Source: Paraspadella gotoi
Lineage: Eukaryota; Animalia; Chaetognatha
Assembly (NCBI GenBank): GCA_051294375.1
Contig: CM119265.1
Span: forward strand, 25,382,297-25,446,153
Direction of reading: 5' to 3'
Length of the DNA stretch: 63,857 bases
The notes under the pieces are model-generated. The model was not told the origin of the DNA and did no database searches. It saw nothing but the letters and a program-made list of their open reading frames with translations. Both the position numbers and the translations under genes were made by a program. Of this stretch, positions 12,360 to 23,807 are shown piece by piece. Position 1 is the stretch's first letter; the number at the start of each line of letters is the position of its first letter.

Positions 12360-12695
12360 GAAAAAAAGAAAAAGAAAAGGAAAAAGAAAAAGGAAAAGGA
12401 AAAGAAAAGGAGGAAATGAAAAGAAAAAGAAAAGAAAAGGAGGAAAAGAAAAAGAAATAAAGAAAAAAAGGAGGAAAAGAAAAAGAAAAATAAAAGAAAA
12501 GGAGGAAAAGAAAAAGAAAAAAAGAAAAAAAGGATTAAAAGAAAAAGAAAAGAAAAGGAGGAAAAGAAAAAGCAAAAGAAAAAAAGGATTAAAAGAAAAA
12601 GAAAAGAAAAGGAGGAAAAGAAAAAGAAAAAGAAAAAAAAGGATTAAAAGAAAAAGAAAAGAAACGGAGGAAAAGAAAAGGAAAAAGGAAAAAAA
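12360..12695 (+). repeat. Polypurine GAAAA low-complexity tract
   Basis: Almost purely A/G, built from AAAAG/AAGGAGG units. Confidence 0.9.
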
Positions 12696-12776
12696 GGCCT
12701 TCCTCCCACCCTCGAACAAAAACGAATGAAAAGGTGGAGAAATCGTTTTCAATATATATTTTTACGACGATTTTAG

Positions 12777-13008
12777 AAATAAACAAAAACACACAACATT
12801 GTACGGCCCGACAACAACTACTTTAACAAAAAAAAACATCAACAACCAGAACAACAACAACAATGAAATGTCGGCCGCAGAACCGAATTTTCCCGACAAA
12901 ACGGGGAAAGGAAAGCTGAAAAGAATCACCCCCGTTTATCCAAATTATCTTCCTCATCCTTCACCCAATTTTTTTAAGTCGCGCCGCGAGTACTCGCGGA
13001 GCAACTCT
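12777..13008 (+). CDS. Candidate Asn/Thr-rich coding exon
   Basis: TTTTAG acceptor, open frame NKQKHTTLYGPTTTT...NNNNNEMSAAEPNFPDK...SRSNS, in-frame GTAAGT at 13009; that donor lies inside the HINE-like repeat. Confidence 0.3.
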
Positions 13009-13311
13009 GTAAGTCACTTTTCGGTCGGTCGATCGATCGGTCGGTATGTCTGTCCGTCTGTCCGTCGTTAAAAACGCTCATTACTCGCCGCGAGTTGGTT
13101 GCTCATTTGTTAACACAGGAATAAACCTCAAATTTAAGAGACTGCGAGCGCCGCCTTTTGTTTTTTTTGAAGAAATCTCATATAATTTCTCATATAAACT
13201 ATAAAAAATAAAAGACGTTATTCCAATGCAGTAGTGTCGAAAATACACGGAAATACACGGGATAATAAAGTTACTGCGGCGCAACACAACATTTGAATCT
13301 CCGTTCTTGTT
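12971..13311 (+). mobile_element. Helentron-associated (HINE/DINE-1-like) non-autonomous element
   Basis: T-run 5' end, palindrome CCGCGAGTACTCGCGG (12984-12999), sub-terminal inverted pair GCGCCGCGAGTAC (12981) / GTTACTGCGGCGC (13270-13282), GTCG/GTCC/GTCT microsatellite, CTTGTT 3' end followed by T-rich sequence. Confidence 0.6.
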
Positions 13312-13624
13312 CTTTTCTTTTTTTAAGGTCGAGGGATTTTAAAAAGGACCATTTCGGAGAACAGACGATGCCGTTTTATGCTGTCAGATGCCGTGGGATG
13401 CCGTAGTATTTCGTTTAATGTTGTCACATTCTTTCAGATGTTGGCGAATGCTAATTTATACTTTCAATGGGCGCCGGGTGCCGTAAGATTCTGTCAAATG
13501 GCGTAAGATATGATTTAATGCTGTAAGATCCCGGGGAATGTTTTATGATACCGTACAATTCTGATAAATACTTTCAGATGGCGCCAGATGCCACAAGATG
13601 TGATGTCAGAGGTGGCTGTGGTAT

Positions 13625-14237
13625 TTCTCCCACACGGGATTCCTCCCAACTGGATTCCTCCCACACGGGATTCCTCCCACGCGGGATTCCTCCCCGTGGG
13701 ATTCCTCCCACACGGAATTCCTCCCCAAGGAATTCCTCCCACACGGGATTCCTCCCCATGGAATTCCTCCCCATAAAATTCCTCCCACACGGGATTCCTC
13801 CCACACGAGATTCCTCCCCAAAGAATTCCTCCCACGCGGGATTCCTCCCACACGGGATTCCTCCCATGCAGGATTCCTCCCACATCGGTTCCATTGGGAT
13901 TCCTCCCAACAGGATTCCTCCCACGCGGGATTCCTCCCACGCGGGATTCCTCCCAAAGGAATTCCTTCCACACGGGATTCCTCCCAAAGGAATTCCTCCC
14001 AAAGGAATTCCTCCCACGCGGGATTCCTCCCACACGGGGTTCCTCCCCACAGAATTCCTCCCCATGGAATTCCTCCCACGCGGGATTCCTCCCATACGGG
14101 ATTCCTCCCATGCGGGATTCCTCCCACACGGAATTCCTCCCACGCGGGATTCCTCCCATGCGGGATTCCTCCCACACGGGATTCCTCCCACACGGGATTC
14201 CTCCCAAACGGAATTCCTCCCACGGGATTCCTCCCAG
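13625..14237 (+). repeat. 16-bp minisatellite GG(G/A)ATTCCTCCCACAC
   Basis: About 38 tandem units; reappears at ~20830-21480 (-), ~31017-31610, ~41355-42005 (-), ~51456-52040. Confidence 0.95.
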
Positions 14238-14693
14238 GAATGCTGGTTTTGCCGCCCCGGACATCGCCACGATATTTAGTCTCCTTATATACCAGCCAGG
14301 CTCAGCCTGATTTTCTCCGTCGATTCTCTGATGGAATTGCGTGGTTGGAAGCCAGAAAGAATTCGATCCAAGAATAAATCCGAGAGAAATAAATCTGAGA
14401 AAAAAATAAATCAGAGAGATAGCGAGAACAAAAAGGGGAAGAAAGGCTTAATGGGGAAAGACAAGAGGGGCGGAAGAAAAATTGAGACATTGTCCCGTGG
14501 AATAAATCTCACTATCTCTCGCTAGTTATTCCTCGCTGATTTATTTCACTCACTCTCTCTCTCTCTCTCTCTCCTCTCTCTCATCTCTGCTCTGTCCATC
14601 TCCTCTCTCTCTCTCTACCCATGAAGGATTCAAACTCCCAAGAGAAAATTTAGAAAACCTTAAAAAATAAACACGGTTCCGCTTGGCACTAAG

Positions 14694-15278
14694 ATAACTG
14701 TTTGGGTATGGACTGCTTAGGCTGTCGAGCTCTCGGCTTGCCGGAGATATCGGTAGACCCGCCTGCTGAGGCCAATAGAGACCGTTTTTGGCCTACCGCG
14801 GCCCAACGCTGGCCCAGCCGAGAAATTCTGAAGACAACAAAGGGGAGGTATCGAATTTGTCTCCCTTTCAAAGCTGGGGGGGAGAGGGGGGGATGTAGTG
14901 GGCGTGGCGATCATTGTGAAGTCCGAAGAAGGAAAACGGATTTCCGGGTAGATGGAAAGAAAACAGCGACAACAACAACAACAACAAAAAAGTAAAACTA
15001 AACGACGACGACGACAACGGCAAAGAGAGGAAGGCGGCAAGAAAACGACAGAAACAACAACAACTACAACAACAACAACTACAACAAAACCAACAACAAA
15101 ATGCTAACGAAAACAAGAACAGCTCCAACGAAAACAGAAGCGACAACGACAACGACGCAAAGGAAAACAACAACAAAGTCTCATCGTTAAAACTCAGACT
15201 TCATTGGATTCGATAAACGAGCAAGTTAAACGGGGAGGGGGGAAAGAAATAGCGACTGTGGAGTGGAGAGCGGCATTG
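14694..15278 (+). CDS. Candidate Gln/Asn-rich coding exon (frameshifted in every copy)
   Basis: Copies combine to ...KENSDNNNN.KKVKLNDDDDNGKERKAARKRQKQQQLQQQQLQQNQQQNANEN...NNNKSLIVKTQTSLDRINEQVKRGG.ERNSDCGVESGI, ending at GTGAGC (15279). The 5' boundary is uncertain. Confidence 0.4.
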
Positions 15279-15406
15279 GTGAGCAGCATTGGTGAGCGGT
15301 ATTGGTGAGCGGCATTGGTGAACGGCATTGGTGAGCGGCATTGATGAGCGGCATTGGTGAGAGGCCTTGGTGAGCGGCATTGATGAGCGGCATTGATGAG
15401 CGGCAT
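15267..15406 (+). repeat. 13-bp minisatellite GAGCGGCATTG(G/A)T
   Basis: About 10-11 tandem units. Confidence 0.9.
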
Positions 15407-15570
15407 ATGTGGAAAAGTAAATGGTGGAACGTGATCGAGAAAAAAGTGATGAGATGTGCCTATATACCTTTCATCCATTCGCGAAAAAGACAATGACGAT
15501 TTTTCATCTCCCACCTCAATTTTTCTATCTCCCACTTTAATTTTCCATCTCCTACCTCAATTTTCCATTC

Positions 15571-15995
15571 AGTTAGATAGAATAGATAGAGTTAGATAGA
15601 GTAGATAGATAGATAGATAGATAGAATAATAATAGATAGATAATAGATAGATAGATAGGACATATTGGTTTTTAGTACCCAATACGATTGGCGATGATCG
15701 ATGACGACGATGATAACGTACGACGAGGTAAAGTTGAAGGACGATGACGAAGTGACGCGACGCGACGACGACGACGACGACGGACGACGACGACGACGAC
15801 GAATAATAATAACGACAACGAACTCGTTTTCAACAGCAATTTCCACTTTTCCCTCGAATTATTCTTTTGAAGTCGCGGAGTAAAACGAGAGTTTGAATGG
15901 GAAAATAAAAAAAGTGATAAAAAAAAGTCGGAGAAGTTTCCGATCACCGTAATTTGATCGTGGGTGAATTGTGAATGGGTGTGGTAGAGAGAGAG

Positions 15996-16050
<55 letters not shown>

Positions 16051-16679
16051 AAAAGATAGATGGTTGTCACTTGCTTGTGATGCCAATGTACCCACAAAAA
16101 AAGATTTGGTGCTCTACGCGCAACAACTACAAATATAAACGTCAAAAACAAAAAAACAAAAAAGAAAGAAAAAGAAAGAAAGAAAAAGAAGCGAAGCATA
16201 AGCCCGAAATAATTATGGCCGAAAAATCGAAGACGGGCAGGAAAAAACGTCGGGAAGTGAATTGAAGACAAAATCTTAACTGTGGGAAAACTAAATAAAG
16301 TCACGTGAGAGGAATAAGCGCTGTGATATATAGCGAAGGGAGCGGGGGTTAGGGAGAAGGGATGGGAGATCGGAAGAGGAAAGGGGAGGAAGGGAGGGAA
16401 TAGGAAAGGGGAGGGAAAGAAGGGAGGGGATGAATCGGGAGAGGGAGGAAGGGGATACAAGGGAGGGGAGGACAGGGGAGGGGAGGGGAGATTGGGGTAA
16501 AGAGCAGGAATGGAAAGGGAAGGTGGGAGAGAGGGAGGAAGGAACGGGGGAGGGAGGGATGGGAGAGGGAGAAGGGGAGAAAAGAGGGGAGAGAGGAGTG
16601 AAAGAGGAGGGGGAAAGCTAGGAAGGGAAGAAGAAAAGAATAAAGGGAAGGAACGTAGAAAGAGAAGAGAAAGAGAAGA

Positions 16680-16730
<51 letters not shown>

Positions 16731-19700
16731 AAGAGAGAGGAGAGAGAGAGAGAGGATGAGAGATACGAGAAGGGAAATAAATATTAAAGAAAAGGCCCGC
16801 TTCCTCGTGCTTTATACGCGTTGGGCCGTAAACGTGAAATATACTTATTTGCTTTTCCTTTTTATTGTTTTTTACAGAATTTTTTTCTTTTCCCAAAACA
16901 CGGAAGTTTTCTTACTTCATTTTCGGTTAGCATGAAATTGAATTCGGCGAGAGGGAAATCATTCGGGATACAGTGGCCAAAACAGAACAAAAAACAGGAA
17001 ATCCTGGAGAGTTTCAGGTGTTTGCCAGCCGACGGACCTCTCTTCGTAAACGCTTTTTCCTGAGTAATTACTTTTACTATTTAAATAAGTATAAAATATA
17101 TGTTTACTTATATTGAAGAATGTTTAGATACCAATCTTGGCCAGGTTTAAACTTAAAGGGGGATTGTATGCACCTATTGTAGACACAAAATATTTATAAA
17201 CGTATGCCTTACAGCATCAAGTTCAAAGCAATAGATGAGTAAATAATTTCTTCAATTCCTTTTTTCTAATGCGTGGTCGAACTTGCGCGTCTCTGTAGAC
17301 CCAAAAATATAGAAAAAAAAGTTAATAAATGTGTCCTTTCCTTTCTTTTTCGTTTGGAATACGTGTACAAAACAGATAGTTATTTTTATTTCAATCCAAA
17401 CAACGTGGTATTAAAGTTTGTAAACGCGGACCATGTTTGTCTTCATGTCCAAGCGCTAGGTGTAGCGAGCAAACAGTAATCGAAACAGTGTCCATTTAAA
17501 AACATAACTTATATCGTTTGTTTTGGTTAGAAATAAAAAAATAACTCTCTATGCTTCTGTACACGAATAAAAAGAAAGTTAAAAAAGAAAAAACGATAAA
17601 TGGATGGAATTCCTCTTTTTATCCGAAATGGAAATCGTAATCTGAATTCCTGGTTCCTTCCCGCTTTAGGAATCAAACCAAAACTGGCAAAAAGCAAGCA
17701 TTTTCTTCTACTTTTCCACTTCTTTTTTTCCCTCCTTTTTTGATCTTCTCAGTTTTTTCTTATTATTGTTTTTTTTTTCCATTTTTTGCGACGGTCGAAC
17801 TCCAAAGGTTTCTGGTAAAAGCACCCGAATGGCTTTCGAGGATTTTCGTGGCAATAGGAAACAGAGAAAAAAGAACTTTAAATTCTGCCGCCAAAAGCAG
17901 ACCTGACAGAACAGATACAAGGAGAGGGAACCAAAACGGGAAAGCAGAAATACCAGCGGAATCTGGATCCTGAAAATTCAGATGACTTCCAGTCCTAAAA
18001 AAGATTCTTTCCGCGGGCTTGAGGTCCTAAGGTCCAAAGTGAAGACCCGGAGTGCAGTAAGAGACCAAAAGTTCACTCTTCCTAGTTCACGTAGATCGTT
18101 TTTCCTGTTATTGAGCACGAAATCTTGGCGGCGCCCCGCCGCCCGCTGCACCCGGCCGGCCGCGCCAGCCGCTGCCCCCGCACAGCCGCACCAGCACCGT
18201 CGTCCTTTTAATGGACGCCTTTACGAATTCCACGGCGTTTTAATCGCAAAGGGCGAAAACATCGATTACGGCCATTTGAGGCGGCGTCGCAGGCCGGTGG
18301 GAATACCCTTCGGCTGCGACGAGCACTGACGGTCGACTGCAAGCGCGACTTGCCAAGTGGCGACTGAGGGCCGATCTGCAGGCGGCGACTGCAGAGGCGG
18401 ACTGCAGGACTGCGCTCAGGGCGAGACTAGCAGTGGAGCAACTGTCAAGCGGCTTTCATTGTCGCCTTACGACCCATCGACGGCCGAAGCGAAATCGTCA
18501 CAGCGATCTCAAAAAAGTTGTTATTTGTGTCATTGACTTTGGTCCGTACAATAATACTTTATATATCTAGTAAAAAATGTTGACATTTAAACATTATAGA
18601 TTGTTCATTCGTCAGTGAACAATAATTTTCAAGTATTAGGTATTTTAGGCAATTTTTAGTAGTATAAGTAGTAAGGTATTAAAGATTTTGCGGTTTTTTA
18701 ATCTACGGTACGTGTAATCGTTCAAATTTATCAATTGACCAATGAGATTAACCCGCCCGTTCGGTTGTCGGGCCAATGAAAGGAAGGATACCGAAAAAAT
18801 TTGGTTTTTGACCATCGTTATATCCGATATATCGTCTTTCGTCTCTTGAAAAACTGGACGCGAACCAGTTTTTCGATTAATCAAGGTTCTTTTTTGTTTC
18901 CTTAAAACAAAAGTCGAAGCTTCGGGTTCTTCGGTGGGAGATAAAAATTTTAGGTGTGGGGGCCATAAAACATATTAAGATTGGGAGATGGAAACGATGC
19001 TGAGGGTGGGCAGATGCAAATAGAAGGTGGGAGGACTGGATAAAATCTTGAGGGTGGGAGTCACCTGGAACATGAGGTGGGTATGGAAATGAGGTAGGAG
19101 ATGAAAATTGAGGTGGAGAGATGGTAAAATTGGACGTAGAAGATGGAAAAATCCGAGGTGGGAGAATGAAAAATTGAGGTTGGGAGATGGAATAATTGAG
19201 GTGGGAAGGATGGAACATTTGACGGATAGGATGAAGATAGAGATGGGAAAGATTGAGAGTGGGATGATGGGAAAATTAAGAGTGGGAATATGGAAATTGA
19301 GGTAGGAGATGGAAAATTAAAGTGGGAGCCATGAAAAATTGACGGTGGGAGTATGAAAAAATCGTCACTCCGAGTCCTTTTCGCGAATAGGATGAAAGGT
19401 ACTATAGGCCACATCGTCATACATTTTTCTCTCGCGAGTCACGTCTGCACCATTTGTCTCTTTTCACATATTGCCGCTCATCATCCGCTTCATCATCGCG
19501 CTCACCACACCGCCGCTCTCAGCCAAATTGCCGCTCATCGACATGAGCCGTCACAATGGTCACCAATGCGCTCAGCAATACCGCTTTCAACCAATGCGCT
19601 CACAATGCGCTTTCTCCACTCCACAGTCGCTACTTTCTTTCCACCCACCTCCGCCGTTTAACCTTGCTCGTTTATCGAAATCACAACTCGAGTCTGAGTT

Positions 19701-22700
19701 AACGATTGAGACTTTGTGTTGGTTTTCCTTCGTTGTTGCTACGTTGTCGCCTTCTCTTCTCTCGCCCTCTGGCACGCTCGTTTTCGTTTCTCGGTTAGCA
19801 TTTTCGGGATAGTCGTTGGTGCTCTCGTTCGTACGTTGTTGTGCTTGTAGTTGCCTTGTGCGTCTGCTTCTTCTAGAGCCTCGTTCTTGCGCCTTCCTCT
19901 CTTTGCCACGTTGTCGCCTTCGTCGTCGCCTCTTAGTATCTCATTACTTTTTTCGTGTGTGTTGTTGTGCTGTTCTTCTCTTATCCACTCCACCCGGAAA
20001 CTCCTTTCCTTCCTCCGCGCCACTTCACAATGCATGACGCTCCACTTACACCTTCCCCGCTTTCGCAAAGAGACTCGAACCATTCGATCACCCTCGCCTT
20101 TGTGCTTTCGAATTCTTCTGTCGGCTGGGCCAGCGTTGGCGCGGTCAGCGAAGACAACGCGCTTTTTCGGCTCCAGCAGGCGGCGTCTACCTCGGATATG
20201 TCCGCCCAAAGCCGACAGTACCGAACCAGGACGCCTAGCAGGCCACTCCTCCAACACCGCAACACACCTTCATCTTAGCTCTGCCAAGCCCGCCAACATC
20301 ACCGCACCTGCTTCATCTCTTTAAGGTTTTCCTCTACACCATTTCTCTCTCTTCCGCGCCACTCTCTGGCCATCTTCATGGCGTCAGCACGAGCCAGAGC
20401 AGCAGCACGGCCACGCGACGAGAGAGACAGAAGCAGAGAGAGAGAGCAGAGAGACGACGAGAGAGAGAGACGAGAGCAGAGGAGAGACGAGCTGACGTGA
20501 CATAATCAGCCGCAGGATACATCCAGCGAGAGACTAGTGAGATTTACTCTCCCCACGGGAGCAACTCGTCTCAATCTCTTTCCCTCTCGCTCTCTCGTCT
20601 TCCACATTAAGCCGTTTCTTCCCTTTTTGCTCTCTCGCTACTCTCTTGATTTACTTTCTTTTCCTCACCGATTATTTCTCTCGGCTTTTCTTGATCGAAT
20701 TCTTTCGGCTTCCGACCAGCATTCCATCAAGAAATCGACGAAGAAATCAGCGCTGAGCCTGGCTGCGTATATACAGGAGACTTAAATATCCGTGCGGATC
20801 CGTCGGGCGGCCAAACAGCATTCCTGGCGACGGACATCGTGGGCACGTGAATCTCGTTTTGGGAGAACCCGCTGTGGAGAATCCCGAGTGTCGCGCGAGG
20901 ACATCCGCATCGGGCAGGAATCCCGCGTGGCAGGAATTCGTTGTGCGCGAGGAATCCGCCATGGAAGGCAAATCCCGTCGGAGAATCCCCAGCGTCGGGC
21001 AAGAATTCATGGGAGGACATTCTCGTGGGCGAGAACCCTGCTCGCGCGAGTCACATCCCGCTGCGAGGATCTCTTTGGGAGGAATTCCTTTGGACGCGCA
21101 CTCCCGCTCCCTGGCACCGGAACTCCCTTTCGGGCAGCACTCCCGCGTTGGGCAGCGACCGCGTGGGACGGAATCCTGTTGGGCAAGGATCCCAATTGAA
21201 CCCGATGTGGGAGGATCTGATGGGAGGACATCCCCGCGGCGCACGCCAATCCCCCGCCCGTGCGGCAGCCCATCATCTCTCTGGGCGCACGGACATGTGT
21301 CAAGGACATCCCGCCTGTGGGAGCGAATTTCATGAGGACGCGAATTTCCCATCCGGGCAGAACTCCCGCTCGTCGAGGAATCCTTGGGGAGGAATTTCCG
21401 TGTGGGAGGAATCCACGGGAGGAATTCCGCGTGGGAGGAACCCGTGTGGGAGGAATCCAGTTGGGAGGATCCCGTGTGGAGAAATACCACAGCCACCTCT
21501 GACATCACATCTTGTGCATCGGGCCATCGTGAAAGTATTTATACAGAATTGTACGTATCATAAAACATTCCCGCGGGATTTTACAGCATTAAAACTCATA
21601 TCTTACGCCATTTTTGACAGAATCTTAACGGCACCCGGCGCGCCATGTGAGAGGTATGAGATTAGCATTCGCCCAACAGATCTGAAAGATGTACAACATA
21701 AACGAAATACTACGGCATCCCACGGCAAGTTCTGACAGCATAGAAACGGCATCGTCTTTGTCTCCGAAATGGTCCTTGTTTAATAATTTTCCTCGAACCG
21801 TTAAAAAAGAAAAGAAACAAGAACGGAGATTCAAAATGTGTGTTGCGCCGGCAGTAACTTTATTATCGCCGTGTATTTCCGTGTATTTTCGAACATACTA
21901 GCAAGTTGAATAACGTCTTTATATTTTTATATAGTTTATAGTGAGAAATTATGATGAGATTTCAAAAAAAAACAAAGGCGGCCGCCTCGCATTCTTAAAT
22001 TTGAAGTTTATTCCTTTCGTTTACATGAGCAAACACTCGCGGGCGAGTAATGAGCGTTTTTAACGAACGGAACAGACGGACAGACATACCGACCGAGATC
22101 GAACTCGACCGACCGAAAAGTGACTTACAGAAGTGTGCTCGCGAGTATCGCGGCGCGACTTTAAAAATTGGTGAAGGATGAGGAAGATAATGTTGGATAA
22201 ACGGGGGTGATTTTCTTTTCAGCTTTCCTTCCCCGTTTTGTCGGGAAATTCGGTTCTGCGGCCGACGATTTCATTGTTGTTGTTGTTCTGGTTCTTTGAT
22301 GTTTTTTTTGTTAAAACGGTAGTTGTTAGATCCGGACCCGTACAATAGTTTGTTGTGTTGCTTGTTGTTTATTCTAAAATCGTCGTAAAAATATATATAG
22401 AAAACGATATTCTTCGCATACTTTTCATTCCGTTATTGTTCGAGGGGTGGGATGGAAGGCCTTGTTATTATCCCTTTTTTTCCTTTCTTTTCTCGTTGTC
22501 TTTTCTTTTTCTTTATTAATACTCTGTTTTTTTTCTTTTTTTTCTTTTCCTTTTCCCTCCTTTCTTTTCCTTTTCCTTCACCTTTTTTCATTTTGCTTTT
22601 CTTTCCTAGAGCGCCTTTTCTTTTCTTTTTCTTTAATCCTTTTTTTCTTTTTTTCCTTTTCTTGTTTCCTCCTTTTCTTTTATTTATTTTTTTGTCTTTT

Positions 22701-23385
22701 CACTTTTCTTTTCTTTCTTTATTTCTTTTTCTTTTCCTTCCTTTTCTTTTCTTTTTCTTTCATTTCTCCTTTCTTTTCCCCTCTTCCTTTTCCTTTGAGT
22801 CTTCTTTCTCTTATCTTCTTGCCTTTTCTATTATCTTTTTTATTTTTTTCCTTTTCTTTCTTTTTTTCCACTTGATAATCTTCTCTGCGTTATACTTAAA
22901 GATACAATTAAATGTGACGATTGACTTTACAATGGGGAGCTCTTGAGGAACAGTTCCAGGAATACTTTTTCTACAATTCTTTTTTTTTTTACAGCGTTCT
23001 AATTCTAACTCTTAAAAGTCTTTATATTTTCTTTTCCTCTTTTTCAAGAAACGTCTTCGTCTCTCATTCTTGTTCCTTGATCTTTTATCGTTTCTCAAAC
23101 TTTTTTCGTCTTTATAGCTGCCCAGATCCATTTTCGCCGATTTTTAGTTTCTTTTCGCTCCGTCAGTTCCCATCCCCGGTCGCCTATCTCGTTTTTTTTC
23201 ACACCGTTGTCAAAACGTTTTTAATTTTCGTGAACTCGACCGCATTGAGGTCCTCTCTCTCATCTCTCAGTCTCTGCTTATCTCTCCCGTGCTCAGTTCT
23301 CCGATCTCCTCTCTCTCTCTCTCTCTCTCTTCTCTTCTCTCTCTCTCTCTCTTCTCTCTCTCTGCTCTCTCTCTCTTCTCTCTCC
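15571..23385 (-). repeat. Inverted copy 1 of the locus (noisy-read derived)
   Basis: Reverse complement of ~49760-56824; starts AGTTAGATAG, the rc of CTATCTAACT at 56815-56824; insertion-rich. Confidence 0.93.
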
Positions 23386-23568
23386 CTTTTTCTTTTCCAT
23401 TTTTTCCATTTTTCATTCCATTTCCATTTCATGTTTTGTTTTTTTCCGTCGACGATCGCGATGTTGGATCAGGTGTTGATCTGAAAAATGGATCTTTATT
23501 TCCATTCGAAAGGAATAATTAGGCGGAAAAATGAATGTACAATGAGTCGTCGGTGGGTGAGGAAGGCC

Positions 23569-23651
<83 letters not shown>

Positions 23652-23742
23652 AATTTCCCCTCCAGGAGAGTTATTTTTGTTTACGGATTTAGAATAAAAA
23701 AACATATAGAATTAAAACAGGAAAGAATGAAGAGAGAGAGAG

Positions 23743-23807
<65 letters not shown>

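Noticed and set aside
12303-12792. Phe/Leu-rich membrane-protein-like ORFs (also 22447-23484)
   Set aside because: Translations of polypurine/polypyrimidine tracts.
13625-14237. CRISPR-like array (also 61345-61581)
   Set aside because: Units are directly tandem or separated by only 4-5 recurring bases; no unique spacers, no cas genes, eukaryotic context.
13515-14310. Stacked 138-251 aa ORFs (GGIPCGRNPVWEES...) and their copies
   Set aside because: Translations of a 16-bp minisatellite that lacks stops on both strands; the unit length is not a multiple of three.
15560-15600. Missed SMRTbell adapter as the cause of the inversions
   Set aside because: No adapter sequence seen at the junctions, and the 15570 and 23385 junctions are not symmetric fold-backs.
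20747-21735. Complex-looking 253/264 aa ORFs (and duplicates at 41272-42260)
   Set aside because: Error-scrambled reverse complement of the 16-bp minisatellite.
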